This document shows, piece after piece, positions 10,912 through 21,300 of a stretch of 64,000 nt of DNA. A model generated the notes under the pieces. It was not told the origin of the DNA. It did not search any database and saw only the letters and a program-made list of their open reading frames with translations. Origin of the DNA: Podarcis bocagei. Taxonomy: Eukaryota. The stretch lies in the NCBI GenBank assembly GCA_964188305.1, contig OZ076901.1; one strand, 5' to 3'. The position numbers and the translations under genes are program-made. Position 1 is the stretch's first letter, and each line of letters starts with the position of its first letter.

Positions 10912-11135
10912 AGGAGGTGTAGTGGTTAGGAGCGATAGATTCATATCTGGGGAACCGGGTTCGCGTCTCCGCTCCTCCACATGCAGCTGCTGGGTGACCT
11001 TGGGCTAGACACACTTCTTTGAAGTCTCTCAGCCCCACCCACCTCACAGAGTGTTTGTTGTGGGGGAGGAAGGGAAAGGAGACTCCTTCGGGTAGTGATA
11101 AAGCTGGATATCAAATCCAAACTCCTCTTCTTCTT
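10912..11135 (+). mobile_element. tRNA-derived CORE-type SINE (Squam3-like)
   Basis: A box GGTGTAGTGG, B box GGTTCGCGTCTCC, CORE-like gctgggtgaccttgggc...cacctcacagagtgtttgttgtg, (CTT)n tail; family name from recall. Confidence 0.8.
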
Positions 11136-11330
11136 ATATTTTTATATCACTATCTTGTTTTAGTTTTCGTATGTTTTAAATCTTTAAGATCCCTTGAGCC
11201 TTTTTTAGAAACAGGTGTTTAAGAAATTTAACTAAATCTTCCAACAGATACCTAAGACCGACTTTTGTCTGTTTATTTTTGGGTCAAAGAGGAGAAAGAA
11301 TGAACTAGAAGCAATAAAAGCCCAACTTAC

Positions 11331-11500
11331 CGAAGACTTTGAGGTGTATGGTGGCATCATGCTCGCCAGCTTTATTCTCAGCAATGCAGAGATACTCTGC
11401 CTCGTCGTTCTTCTCCACCTTGCGAATAGTCAGCTCTGAGCCGTCATAACTGAAGCCGTACTTTTCATCATCCTCACCTCTTTCTATTGATTCCCCATCC
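11331..11500 (-). CDS. NCAM1: NCAM1 coding exon 7 (C-terminal half of Ig3), 170 bp
   Basis: cttcAG|GGATGGGG...GTCTTCG|GTaag; (K)DGESIERGEDDEKYGFSYDGSELTIRKVEKNDEAEYLCIAENKAGEHDATIHLKVF(A); phase 2/1. Confidence 0.97.
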
Positions 11501-11788
11501 CTGAAGGATGCAAAGCACACGGACAGATGTAGTTATTTATCAGTTGGGGCTGGTTTATCAGTTGGGGCTGGCTTTCAAAAGTAAAATGAATGGAACTGAA
11601 GGAGGTTAAAGGAAAGCATGATGTTATTACTCAACCCATGCTCTTGGAGGGAGTTAATTTGGGTCAAAGCAAGACAACAACACTAAGCCTTTTGGGGCAC
11701 CCCGGTGTTCCATAGCAACGGTGCCCTCTCAACTAAAACCTGCTTGCACAGTGCTAATGAACATGACCTGAGATTCTGCACATCTTAC

Positions 11789-11906
11789 TTGGTCCAACTG
11801 ATGGTTGGCTCTGGAAAGCCGTCTGCATCACACACGAGTTTGACTGACTGGCTGAGATTTGCCGTGGCATTCACAGTGCTCTGCTTGGAGCGAACAGTAG
11901 GAGGCA
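11789..11906 (-). CDS. NCAM1: NCAM1 coding exon 6 (N-terminal half of Ig3), 118 bp
   Basis: tttcAG|TGCCTCCT...TGGACCAA|GTaag; (V)PPTVRSKQSTVNATANLSQSVKLVCDADGFPEPTISWT(K); phase 1/2; N-glycosylation sequons NAT and NLS. Confidence 0.97.
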
Positions 11907-12899
11907 CTGAAAGAAAGAGAAACAAAGAGCAAGAGATACACTTTTGATGAGCAGCAGATAGAGAGGCAGAGCAGTTAAAGAGGCCAAATTGACTCCAGAG
12001 AAGAGTCCTGTTCTTGGGTGTCCTCCACACTCTTTGCCTCTCCACTATTTGGTGTTTGATTTAGTTGCATAATTACTAAAAAGAAGTCTTCTTGCAATAT
12101 TCTAACAGAGTTTATGGGCAAGGAGGACTCTAATTGTCTCCAAAATGCCAAATTCTCAATCGATCAAAACTCTGCAATATGACAAATAAAAACAAACACA
12201 AATGCAGAAAACATGTCCAGAAAGTGACATATCGGTGCTGTTTATTTAGCACCTACAAGCCATTTCACTGCTCAAATGCAGCCAACCTGTGACTTTGGGG
12301 CACTTCAAATATTGTTCTGTTCAGTTAATGCAACGTGCAATGATAGAAACAAAACTTTTACCCTTCAACTTATATTCCCTGAAAAGGTTGGCTGTTAAAG
12401 GTTTTTAGTTTGAATTGTTCATGTTAGCAGTCCCAGTCCAAAGAAAAACCTTCATGTGCCATCACTTGTCATTTCTGCATGAGAATTTTGGCCATGAAAT
12501 GCCTCTGAATTCCTTGGTTGTGAGAAGTATCAACTTGGGAGAAGGTTATTGCACTTCTTCCTTCCCCCACCCCATGCCAACAAAGCCTCTCTTCTAAAGC
12601 ACATGTTTAGGAGCAAGGGAGGGCAAAGGAGCAGCACATGTTTAAAATGGACAAGGTCCCAGGTTCACTCTGTAGTTAAAAGGATCAAGCAGCAGGTGAT
12701 GGGAAAGAAGCTTCTCTACATGAGACCCTGTAGGGCCATTACCTTACAGAACAAACAATATTGGATCAAATGTCTGACTCAATGGAAGACAGCTTCCAAT
12801 ATTGATAATATCTTTGGGAAGGACTATAGCTCAATGGTAAATGCTTTGTATCCAAAGGTCCCACATCCAATCCCCCACCTTATTCTGTCTCAACCCCAC

Positions 12900-12900
<1 letters not shown>

Positions 12901-12944
<44 letters not shown>
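12901..12944. repeat. (AC)n microsatellite
   Basis: About 22 uninterrupted AC units, inside a degenerate tRNA-derived SINE starting near 12817. Confidence 0.97.
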
Positions 12945-12946
<2 letters not shown>

Positions 12947-13386
12947 CAATACGGCCCCCAAAAGCCACTGCCAAGTCAATATGGAGTCAAAACCTTGGTC
13001 AGTCCAAGAACCTATTCCTTCATGGGTGACCTTCTGGAGGTTGTGTACCAAAGGTGCAAGGGACCAGAGGCAAAGTGGACAGAGCAACTGATATAACTCT
13101 TGCCTTTGGGCTACATTCCAGCAGCCACACATAAGTCAGAGATTTCTACACACCCAAAGCTGGTAAGGAAGAGGGACGATCATAGTTCAATGAGACATTG
13201 TAGCCAGGTGAAAGTGCTCGACCCTTAGAGTGTGGCCTGAGAAGAGCCCTGAGGGTCAGAAAGAGAGGCTTGGAGACTCCCACTGTGGCCCTGAGGCTCC
13301 CCTCTCCTGTTGTAGAGAATACTGGGAAGGTTGGGCGAGTAGCTTGGCGAGTATAAGGCAGGCAGCTTTCTATGTTCCTAACTCAC

Positions 13387-13524
13387 CATTGACAATGACA
13401 TGAATGTCTCTGAAATCAACCTCTCCACGAGCCAGGATCCTTCCTTCACACCGGTACATCCCCTCATCTGTTTTCTTTATTCCTCTGATCTGTAGGTAGT
13501 TGTTGGGCAGCACAACAAACCGAA
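13387..13524 (-). CDS. NCAM1: NCAM1 coding exon 5 (C-terminal half of Ig2), 138 bp
   Basis: ttgcAG|TTCGGTTT...GTCAATG|GTgagt; (V)[45 protein letters not shown](V). Confidence 0.97.
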
Positions 13525-13963
13525 CTGCAAGAGAAAAATGGAACAGAAAGCTAGGCCACCTAGGATTCTTTTGTACAGCTATCCCTCATATGTTCATCTT
13601 GGACAATAAGCTTAATCTGAACAGCATTTCTCTCTCTCTCCTAGTTTCCATAATCAAGCTCACCAGGGCCTGGAAGAAGTTGGGTCCAACCAAACCAGCA
13701 ATAAGAGCTGATAAACACAGGAAGCCCAGTTGCTGCAGCAAGGAGGTTTAGTTGGTGACATAAAAATGTATCCTAAATTTAGTCCTGGGCTTTCAAGCTC
13801 CCCACCTCTTATGCACCTGCACTAAGCCCCACAGGGTCTGTTTGGCAGCCTCAGTGCTTCATTCTGCTTCCTGATGCCTGGTGCTCCCTTTCATATTTCA
13901 CAACAACTAGATTCTGGCCCTGCAATACAGATGTTCAAAGTTCTTTCCTCACCACCATCTTAC

Positions 13964-14107
13964 CATCTTTTTTAAGAACAACATCTCTGCCCGTGTGCTT
14001 CCATATGACTGCGGGAGGAAGCGAGGAGACAACATCACACACAATGACCGCATCCTCTCCTTCTTTGAACTCTTGTGGACTGGGAGCATTCCTGAAAGTC
14101 AGCTTCT
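13964..14107 (-). CDS. NCAM1: NCAM1 coding exon 4 (N-terminal half of Ig2, heparin-binding segment), 144 bp
   Basis: ttccAG|AGAAGCTG...AAAAAAGATG|GTaag; (Q)KLTFRNAPSPQEFKEGEDAVIVCDVVSSLPPAVIWKHTGRDVVLKKD(V). Confidence 0.97.
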
Positions 14108-14175
14108 CTGGAAAGCAAGCAGAGAGAGTTAACCACGTCTGACCTCATACACCCAAGAGGCAGCGCGACACATAC

Positions 14176-14275
14176 TAAGTACAGAAGCATAGAGTTGGAG
14201 GGGTCCTTGTAAGGCCATCCGGTCCAACCCCTGCTTCGTGCAGGAAAGCCAAAGCTGGAGTATCCACCCAACAGT
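14176..14275 (-). mobile_element. CR1-type 3' end fragment
   Basis: catagagttggaggggtccttgtaaggccatccggtccaacccctgc is the reverse complement of the CR1 3' hairpin and tail. Confidence 0.7.
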
Positions 14276-15400
14276 CTGCCTGAAGTCCCAACAGAGGCAC
14301 AGTACCCCACTGCACTTATCAGCCTATGCAATCCAGAAAAATAAAGTCAGCAGCAAAAGTTAAAATGTAAAGAACAGCAAAGCGAAGGCAGAAGCTGCTG
14401 CTCATGTCACCATCTTGGCTCTTCTGAGTGTTCTGAAGCCACTAGCATTGCAAGCAGAGGTGTGCCTAGGGTCCCTTGTGCCCTTGGCAAGGAGCTGTTT
14501 CAGCACCCACAGCAAGGAGCAGTACTGGCACCCCCTGACTGGAAAAAAGCACTGTACAGCAGTAGCCACATTTTATGTGACCCAAGTACTCAGTGTCTGG
14601 AGTGAGAGCGAGGCGAGGAGGAAGGAAGAAAAAGTTCACATGCCTTCGTGTCGCAGTGTGAGAAGGACGGGAAGCTTCTCCTTCGCTCTCACCATGACAG
14701 CAGTGTTGTGTCTCCTCACACATATACATCATACGCTCAATAGATTTTTGCAGGGGGCTGCACCCCTGGAGGGGGCTGGTTTCGCCAACCCCTATGTACA
14801 CCTCTGACTACAAGAGGCTCTGACAGTGCAGGTGGCTCTAGGAAACTCAAGCGAGACAAGGGAAAACAAAACCACACAGGGATCATTTGCTTGTTTTGCA
14901 GGGTTCAATAGGCTCTGATCACCAGACTGCAGTGAGCCATGCTGACTCTAGGATTTTAATTAGTTCATCAGTTGGCTGAAAATATTTATATCCTCCCTTT
15001 ACCCACAAAGTGACCAGTCACAAGGAAAATACATAATGCTTAACAGAAGAACAATAAAACGTGAGCCAAAAATATTTAGAACACAAAGAAACCTAAGACA
15101 AGAACAGCATCTGGGGTCCCTTTGACATAGAACCCAGTGAGGCCCACTTCTTAAACTATGAGAGATGGGACAATAAAGGTTTTGGGGTGGGGCACCATTA
15201 CTGGGGTGTCCTCAGTAGAAAGCCCTGGTAGCTGAAATGACACCTAGTCTGAAGGGCTGAAACTCATCAACATTCTTCCCAAAACTGGAAGACATTGGGA
15301 TATACAAATGTAAGCATACAATGTTCCTGACAGACATTGTAAAATTGCTGTCCCACCTAGCTCTCCCACCCTTTGAAAGCAAATAGGTCAGGTATCTTAC

Positions 15401-15613
15401 GGAAAATCTTCACGTTGAGTGTGGCCTCCACATCGCCTTCCTCACTGGAGACAACACATTTGTAAATGCCAGCATCGTCTATGTTGACATTGTAGATGGT
15501 GAGAGTAGATGAATCCTCCGTCCGCACCACTGAGATGTGCTGTTGGTTTGTCGTCAGCTTCTCACCGTTGGGGGCAAACCAGGAGATGTCTTTGGATTTG
15601 GCATCCCCAGTCA
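15401..15613 (-). CDS. NCAM1: NCAM1 coding exon 3 (C-terminal part of Ig1), 213 bp
   Basis: tttAG|TGACTGGGGATGCC...AAGATTTTCC|GTaag; (V)TGDAKSKDISWFAPNGEKLTTNQQHISVVRTEDSSTLTIYNVNIDDAGIYKCVVSSEEGDVEATLNVKIF(Q); lies within ORF 15357..15653. Confidence 0.97.
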
Positions 15614-16679
15614 CTAAATCAAAAAGGGTAAGATGTTCAAGGATAAAAACCATTGGATGTTCCCTCTTCCTTAGGAATCATTCAGACAACCCCCTAGAAT
15701 CTGGGCAGGTGTGGGGCGGCCTCTTAGAACCACTGCTCTTGGGGCCCACCATACAGGTGATAAAGCTTTACTGAACACCAAGGAATAAAGTCATGGGTGG
15801 GTGAAGATTCAAATTTGTGATGTGTTAACACCCTGCTGTTCATGGGAGCCCTTGCACTGCGGATGATAGGCACTGTGATTCTAAGGATTTGCTATGCATT
15901 CATTTGTTTTCACACACTGACCGCTTGCAGCTCAGGTCCCAGGGAAAATTAAAAAAGCATTCACAAGGCTTAAAGTGGTGGTGGGGCGAGTTAGCTTTCT
16001 CACAGCAGTTCTAGAATTCCCCAAGAAAGGGCTTGAAATATATTAAAAAGACGGCACCAAAGATGTTTCCTAAACCCTTTGGGTCTCTGTCACCCGCAAT
16101 ATAGAAGGTGCCAGACTCTTTACAGTTAGTTTCAATTTATAACCAAAGGTCTAGACACAGATTACAATACATTGGAATCCAAGCACACACAAAAAAGAAA
16201 CTCTAGAATCTAGACAAGCAACAGAAACTTTCTGAACATGTCCCACCAAAACGGAAGTCTCTGCGTACTCTCAGTACGCTTTTACACCCAGCGGCCAAAA
16301 TCATGTCTCAAGACAACTTCCTGAAGATTCTCCTTCATTTGACGCAATTGTATGCACGTTTAAAGGAAACAGTCCCCACTGTCTTCAGTGGGACTTGGAT
16401 ATGCATGGAATTGCTGGCTTATGTTAGAGGAAAGGGTGATTCCACCATTCTGTGGTAAATGCTTACATCATCTTTGGATCAGTAATCTTTGTGCAAAGCT
16501 GGGAGAATGAGAGCACATTCAAGATGGTCTCCAAATTTGTTGGTGGAACAGCGTAAAGGGACCTCGTAATGGGATCTTAAGACAAGGGATTCTGCCTTTC
16601 CACAAGCAATATGCTGACTAACCAATAATGTTTTACCCCAAGCAGCTATGAACAGCCAAAGTGGGAAGTCATTACTCAC

Positions 16680-16754
16680 CTTGACACAAGAAGAATTTGG
16701 ACTCTCCAACAGGCACCTCCACTTTATTTGGAGCAATGTTCACCTGGAGAGAGA
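16680..16754 (-). CDS. NCAM1: NCAM1 coding exon 2 (N-terminal part of Ig1), 75 bp
   Basis: Minus strand ttgcAG|TCTCTCTCCAGGTG...TGTCAAG|GTgagt; translates (V)SLQVNIAPNKVEVPVGESKFFLCQ(V), matching NCAM1 SLQVDIVPSQGEISVGESKFFLCQ; phase 1/1. Not in the ORF track in this frame. Confidence 0.95.
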
Positions 16755-17106
16755 CTGCAAAAAACAAGAAGAAGCAAATCAGAGAGAAATGCTAAGATGT
16801 GACAGCGTCTGTACTTAACAAAATACAAATCTATTGTAGATTTCAAGAGCCTTATCAAACTAGTTGTACCTCTTTTGTCATGTAAAACTGTAGGATGTTT
16901 GGTTATGCTAAAATTGTTCCACGGTGAAGGTTAGCTGTTCATGCCTATACCTGTATTTTAAGGGGTCATTAATATGGATTTACTGAGAAACTATTTTTGT
17001 CTCCAGTAGACCTATAGTTAAGAGGAAGGTTAGAATATGTCCTGTCACAGAAATTAAGGAGCAATTGTCCTTCTGCAGGGATGCCACTACTTTGTAAAAT
17101 TAGTTA

Positions 17107-17286
17107 CTGTATTTACTCGAATCTAATGCTCACCTTTTTTGGCCAAATTACAGTGCAACAATTAGGTGCACATTAGATTTGATGGCACATTTACATCCGA
17201 CAGCAAATACTTTTTTTTTGTTTCAAGGTTCTGAAAATTGAGGTGTACATTAGATTCAATAGTGCATTAAACTCAAATAAATACGG
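17107..17286. mobile_element. 180-bp Tc2-type MITE
   Basis: TA flanks (17105-17106, 17287-17288); CTGTATTTACTCGAATCTAATGC / GCATTAAACTCAAATAAATACGG; internal CACATTAGATT repeats. Confidence 0.8.
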
Positions 17287-17399
17287 TATAACCAGCTTAT
17301 AACCTGGTTTGGAGCAACAGGAACAGTCTGATAGCATCTGGGGCTTGTTAGCAGCTCCATGAGTAGGGGTCGGTCTCTCCCCTCCCCTCCCCCCCCCGC

Positions 17400-17426
17400 G
17401 TGTGTGTGTGTGTGTGTGTGTGTGTG
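17400..17426. repeat. (GT)n microsatellite
   Basis: About 13 GT units. Confidence 0.95.
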
Positions 17427-18133
17427 CGCTATGAGAAAATAACTGAGAGTCACGCCAGCTATTCTGAATTGGGCTCTACATAGGAAAGGAGAATTACATT
17501 GGATGGTCAGTTAGTCCCTTAACATTAGTCCATGAGCAAACTGCCTTTTGAACTCCCCTCTCTCCAGTACACTTCCCCCTTGAAAGTCTTTGTACGCTCT
17601 TGTGACGGCACTGGAGGTGACTATCTCTCTTTTCCAATATGCTGGTTGCCCTTTTACTCTACTTTATTTCTATGTAATCTAATTTTGCTCATCCATATTA
17701 CTTTAACATAATTCACTCCCAGACAGAATGGAAGAGCCACACGCAGTAATAGAATGTGAAACGTTTATTAGATTCAGTGTGGTGAGACCTAAATAGCCCA
17801 GGACCAAAGAGATGTGGTGTCTTCCTTCAATTTATTGCCCTGTCATCCACTCTTGTATACTGGGCAGTGCCCATCACCAAGGGTGGGGTTTCAGCTATGG
17901 GGCACAAGAGCCCAGGCACACATGAGCAATTTGAATGCACATAGCTGTAGTCTTGAAGCTGATATTCAGAAGCAGTCATCCCAAAACAAAACACATATCT
18001 AGAAGGAAAATCGACTTCAAGAGGTTTTGCTCACAGGTCTGTTACACTGTAGGGCTTTTGATTCTGCAGTAACCAACTAGGTTATAATCACAATGGACCA
18101 CTGAAATGGACCCACAATGGACCTACTGAGTTA

Positions 18134-18365
18134 GGGCTCATTCCCACTTCTGTTTGCCCTATTGCTTCCCCCTGAGAAAACCCACAGTTTAGTGCTGAAT
18201 CGGACCAAACAGCCATCTGGATTTCAGCAGATCGCCGTTTGGTCTGATTTAGCACTAAAGGGCAGGCTTTACCCGCGGGAGGGGGGAGAGAGAAGAAGTG
18301 GGGCAAAGGCAAAACCACTCAGACCTGTGCCTAGGTACAGGATAAGCAGAAGTGTGGACAAGCCC
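18134..18365. mobile_element. Foldback MITE, PIF/Harbinger-like; other copies at 19318-19537, 22132-22355, 52557-52807 and 56852-57042
   Basis: Termini GGGCTCAT.C.CACTT / AAGTGTGGA..AGCCC, preceded by TTA; internal inverted repeat TTTAGTGCTGAATCGGACCAAAC / GTTTGGTCTGATTTAGCACTAAA. Confidence 0.7.
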
Positions 18366-21300
18366 AAGTCATGTCTATTAACTTTGAAAGGTCTACTCAG
18401 GCTTACATGGACGGAGCTTTTGGCCAGCCTTCTCAAACATGCTTCCCTCCAGATGTTGTGTGGCTCCAACTCTCATCAGCCACAACAGCTGTCATGGCCA
18501 ATGGTCAGGGATGATGTGATTTGGAATGCAACCAGAATGGAAAGAGCTGTTTCAGGGGTTCATCTTCTGACCCAATTCTTCCCTTCCATTGTATGGGGGT
18601 TCCCTGGCCCTCAAACCACTTGTGAGTGAAATTTAAAGCTGAAAGATCCCAGAACAACTGGAGGAGACATCAGCTGGTTCTATGCCAAACTCAAGTTGGC
18701 CCTTGGATTTGTCTCAGACGTCTGCCCTGTAATGCTGGGATTCATCAGAGCACACCTTCCTCTGTGCCTTGCTAGCTGGGGATCTTTTTGCTCCGTACTA
18801 TAAATGCCTCTCCATCACAACTACACATTCTCTCTTGGACTCCAGAATCTGTGAGCATTGTGGTCTTTCGTGATAAGTAATGAGCCATTAGGGAAGGCAT
18901 AATTGGATGCTGGCTCACTTCCACGGACAAGCTTGCCGGAGCTTCCTGGCCTAACAAGTCCAGGTCAGAGAAGGATTTCAAGAGGTTTGACCTAATGTGT
19001 GCAATTTCCAAATTGCAGCCATTAGTTGGAGAGAAAACAATCACCATAATAGAACAACTGCTCAGTCCAGCATAGCCAAAACATTCCTCCATACCTCTAC
19101 TCCTGCAAATGCTTAATTTGTTAAAACTCTTTAGTGGTCCAGCACTACAAAACTGGCTTCCTTTCAGGGGTGGCTGGACCACAAAGCTGTTTGATGCATG
19201 TGCCTATCTGCCCCCACATAGAGAATTTTAAAACCACAATGATCCTGCGGAAAGGAATCAGTCTCCTTAAGATAGCAGCAGCAGTATTCTTCCTTGGCAG
19301 CACACAAGGACAGTGGAGACTTGTTCACACATCCTGTTGTCCCACTGTTGTCTCCCCACCCAAACCCAAGAAAACTGTCAGAGCTCAATCAGAGCAAACA
19401 GCCATTTAGATTTTCTCAAGATTGACATTTGCTCTGATTTAGCATTAAAGAGTGGGTTTCCCCTGGGAAAGGAGCAGGGCAAGAGAAAGAACACTGTGCT
19501 TTCCTGGCACTGGACAATCAGAAGTGTGGATGAACCCTCTGTTACTAAATATTTTAATGTGAGCCCATCTAATTTGCATTTCCCAAGCCCAGGTTAGAGA
19601 ATGTGTGAGCTGAAATGCAGCTGCCATGTGAAACTCACTCTTCCCTGCACTTCTCCAGTCAAAAAGTGCACATATCAGGGAAAAGTGTGGACCGAAATGT
19701 GGATATTTGAAAGGGGGGAAAAGGAATGCACAAAAATGCATAGTAGGCAAAATTGCTACAAAATTGCCTACTTTATAGTAGGCAAAATTGCATACAAAAA
19801 TATGTCATCAGAACAAAAGTGTGCAAAAATGCATACACTGGCATTTTAAAAATGGAAACCTGCTTGAATTTTGCCTGTTGTCTATGTGGTGGTTCTTTCA
19901 GAACTAAGTGAAGACATCTTCCTTTCCTCAGGCTTTTCAGGTTTTTCTTTTTGGTGTTTCAGTGATCTTTTGTACTGTCACTGGTTTTCATTTTATTCCA
20001 CTATTGCTTTTATTTTGTTCTACATTTATGTTTTACATCCGACTTTTACAACTTAATGGCTTTAAATTTTAACTTCAGTCTTATACTAGGCCTCGTAGCC
20101 ACAGGCAAGAAGGAACTGAGTGCAGGCAAGGGAGTTGGCTGGTGGATAAAGGCCAGAGTGCCTTCCACATTCCATTGTACCCAGTGCAGAAATGTAGCAG
20201 GCTGCTATAGGGGGAAAAACAGGACTTCTCTGCCCCCTGCTTCTTCTAGCCCCAGCAGGCTACTATGGGGAAAGGCAGACTACTAACTTTTGTTAGCTTC
20301 AAGGCTCTTTTATTTGTGTCCAGAGAACTTGCAACTGTGAGATATATAAATATTCCAAACCAGCAAACAACCAGAGCCCCGCTGACGGAGGTCACACAGA
20401 GGTTAAGGTGTGCAAACCGCATCCGGAACATTACCCTTGCAAAAGGGCCATACCTTGCCTGCCTTTTTTTTTTAATGCATAAAATTTAAGACTTTGCCTT
20501 CCTGCTTTCTTTTTAGGCTGATGAATCTTTGATGTGTCTTATTGATTGTCAGCTTACGTTTTCTAAGCTTTTAGGCTGTAAGCCACCATGGCTTCCCTCC
20601 CCCCCCCAAAAAAAAAGCTAAAATAACTTTGAAAGGTCCCAGGTTCAATTCCTGGCATCTCTACTTAAAGAAGGTCTCCAGTAGCTTAGTTCTCTCCAAA
20701 ACCAACATTGCGCCAGGGCTGAAGATTGTCTCATTCAGAGATGTAATTGCTGCTTCAACATCCAATGTTGTTGCAGGGTTGGTATTCATTGCACGAGTCT
20801 ACATTATGCCACTCTTGATTTTGAAAGGTACGTATCAGCCCAATGGTCCCAGTCTAGATCAACCTTCTCCAAACTGGAACCTGCAAGTTTTTGTTGGACT
20901 ACTACTCCAAATATCCTTGACAACTGTCCATAGATTGTAGCCTACCTTCCCAGAGGCCAATCAGATGCTTCCAAGCAGGATATGAGAGTAGCACCTGTCC
21001 CTTACCCCAAGTCTCTGAATCTGGAGGTTCTATTCACCTGCTGATAGCCCAGCTATCCTCCACAAATTTGTCTAATATTTTCCCAAAGCCATGTAAGTTA
21101 TTTTGGCAAGGAGTTCAATAAGGTAACTATAGCTACTTTCTTTTGCCTTTCCTAATCCTTTTTGGGTTTCTTCTGCTAAAAAAAAGGGGGAGGTGTGGGG
21201 ACAGAGTTGGGATGCGCCACCTAAAATTCAAATGGTTTTTCTTCAAAGTGCTGACAAGAGGAAACCTGTTTCCTTTACACTTGATTTACTTTCTCCCACA

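Noticed and set aside
11511-11530. REST/NRSE-like AGCACACGGACAG
   Set aside because: The left half-site TTCAGCACC is broken and the spacing is one base short; on the sense strand it is simply the polypyrimidine tract of exon 7
16743-16746. Alternative acceptor CTCCAG|G 11 nt inside exon 2
   Set aside because: It would shift the frame, and there is no supporting evidence
16680-16754. Possibility that the gene is NCAM2
   Set aside because: Only a few Ig1 residues look NCAM2-like; exons 3-8 carry NCAM1-diagnostic sequences (DISWFxPNGEKL, [23 protein letters not shown])
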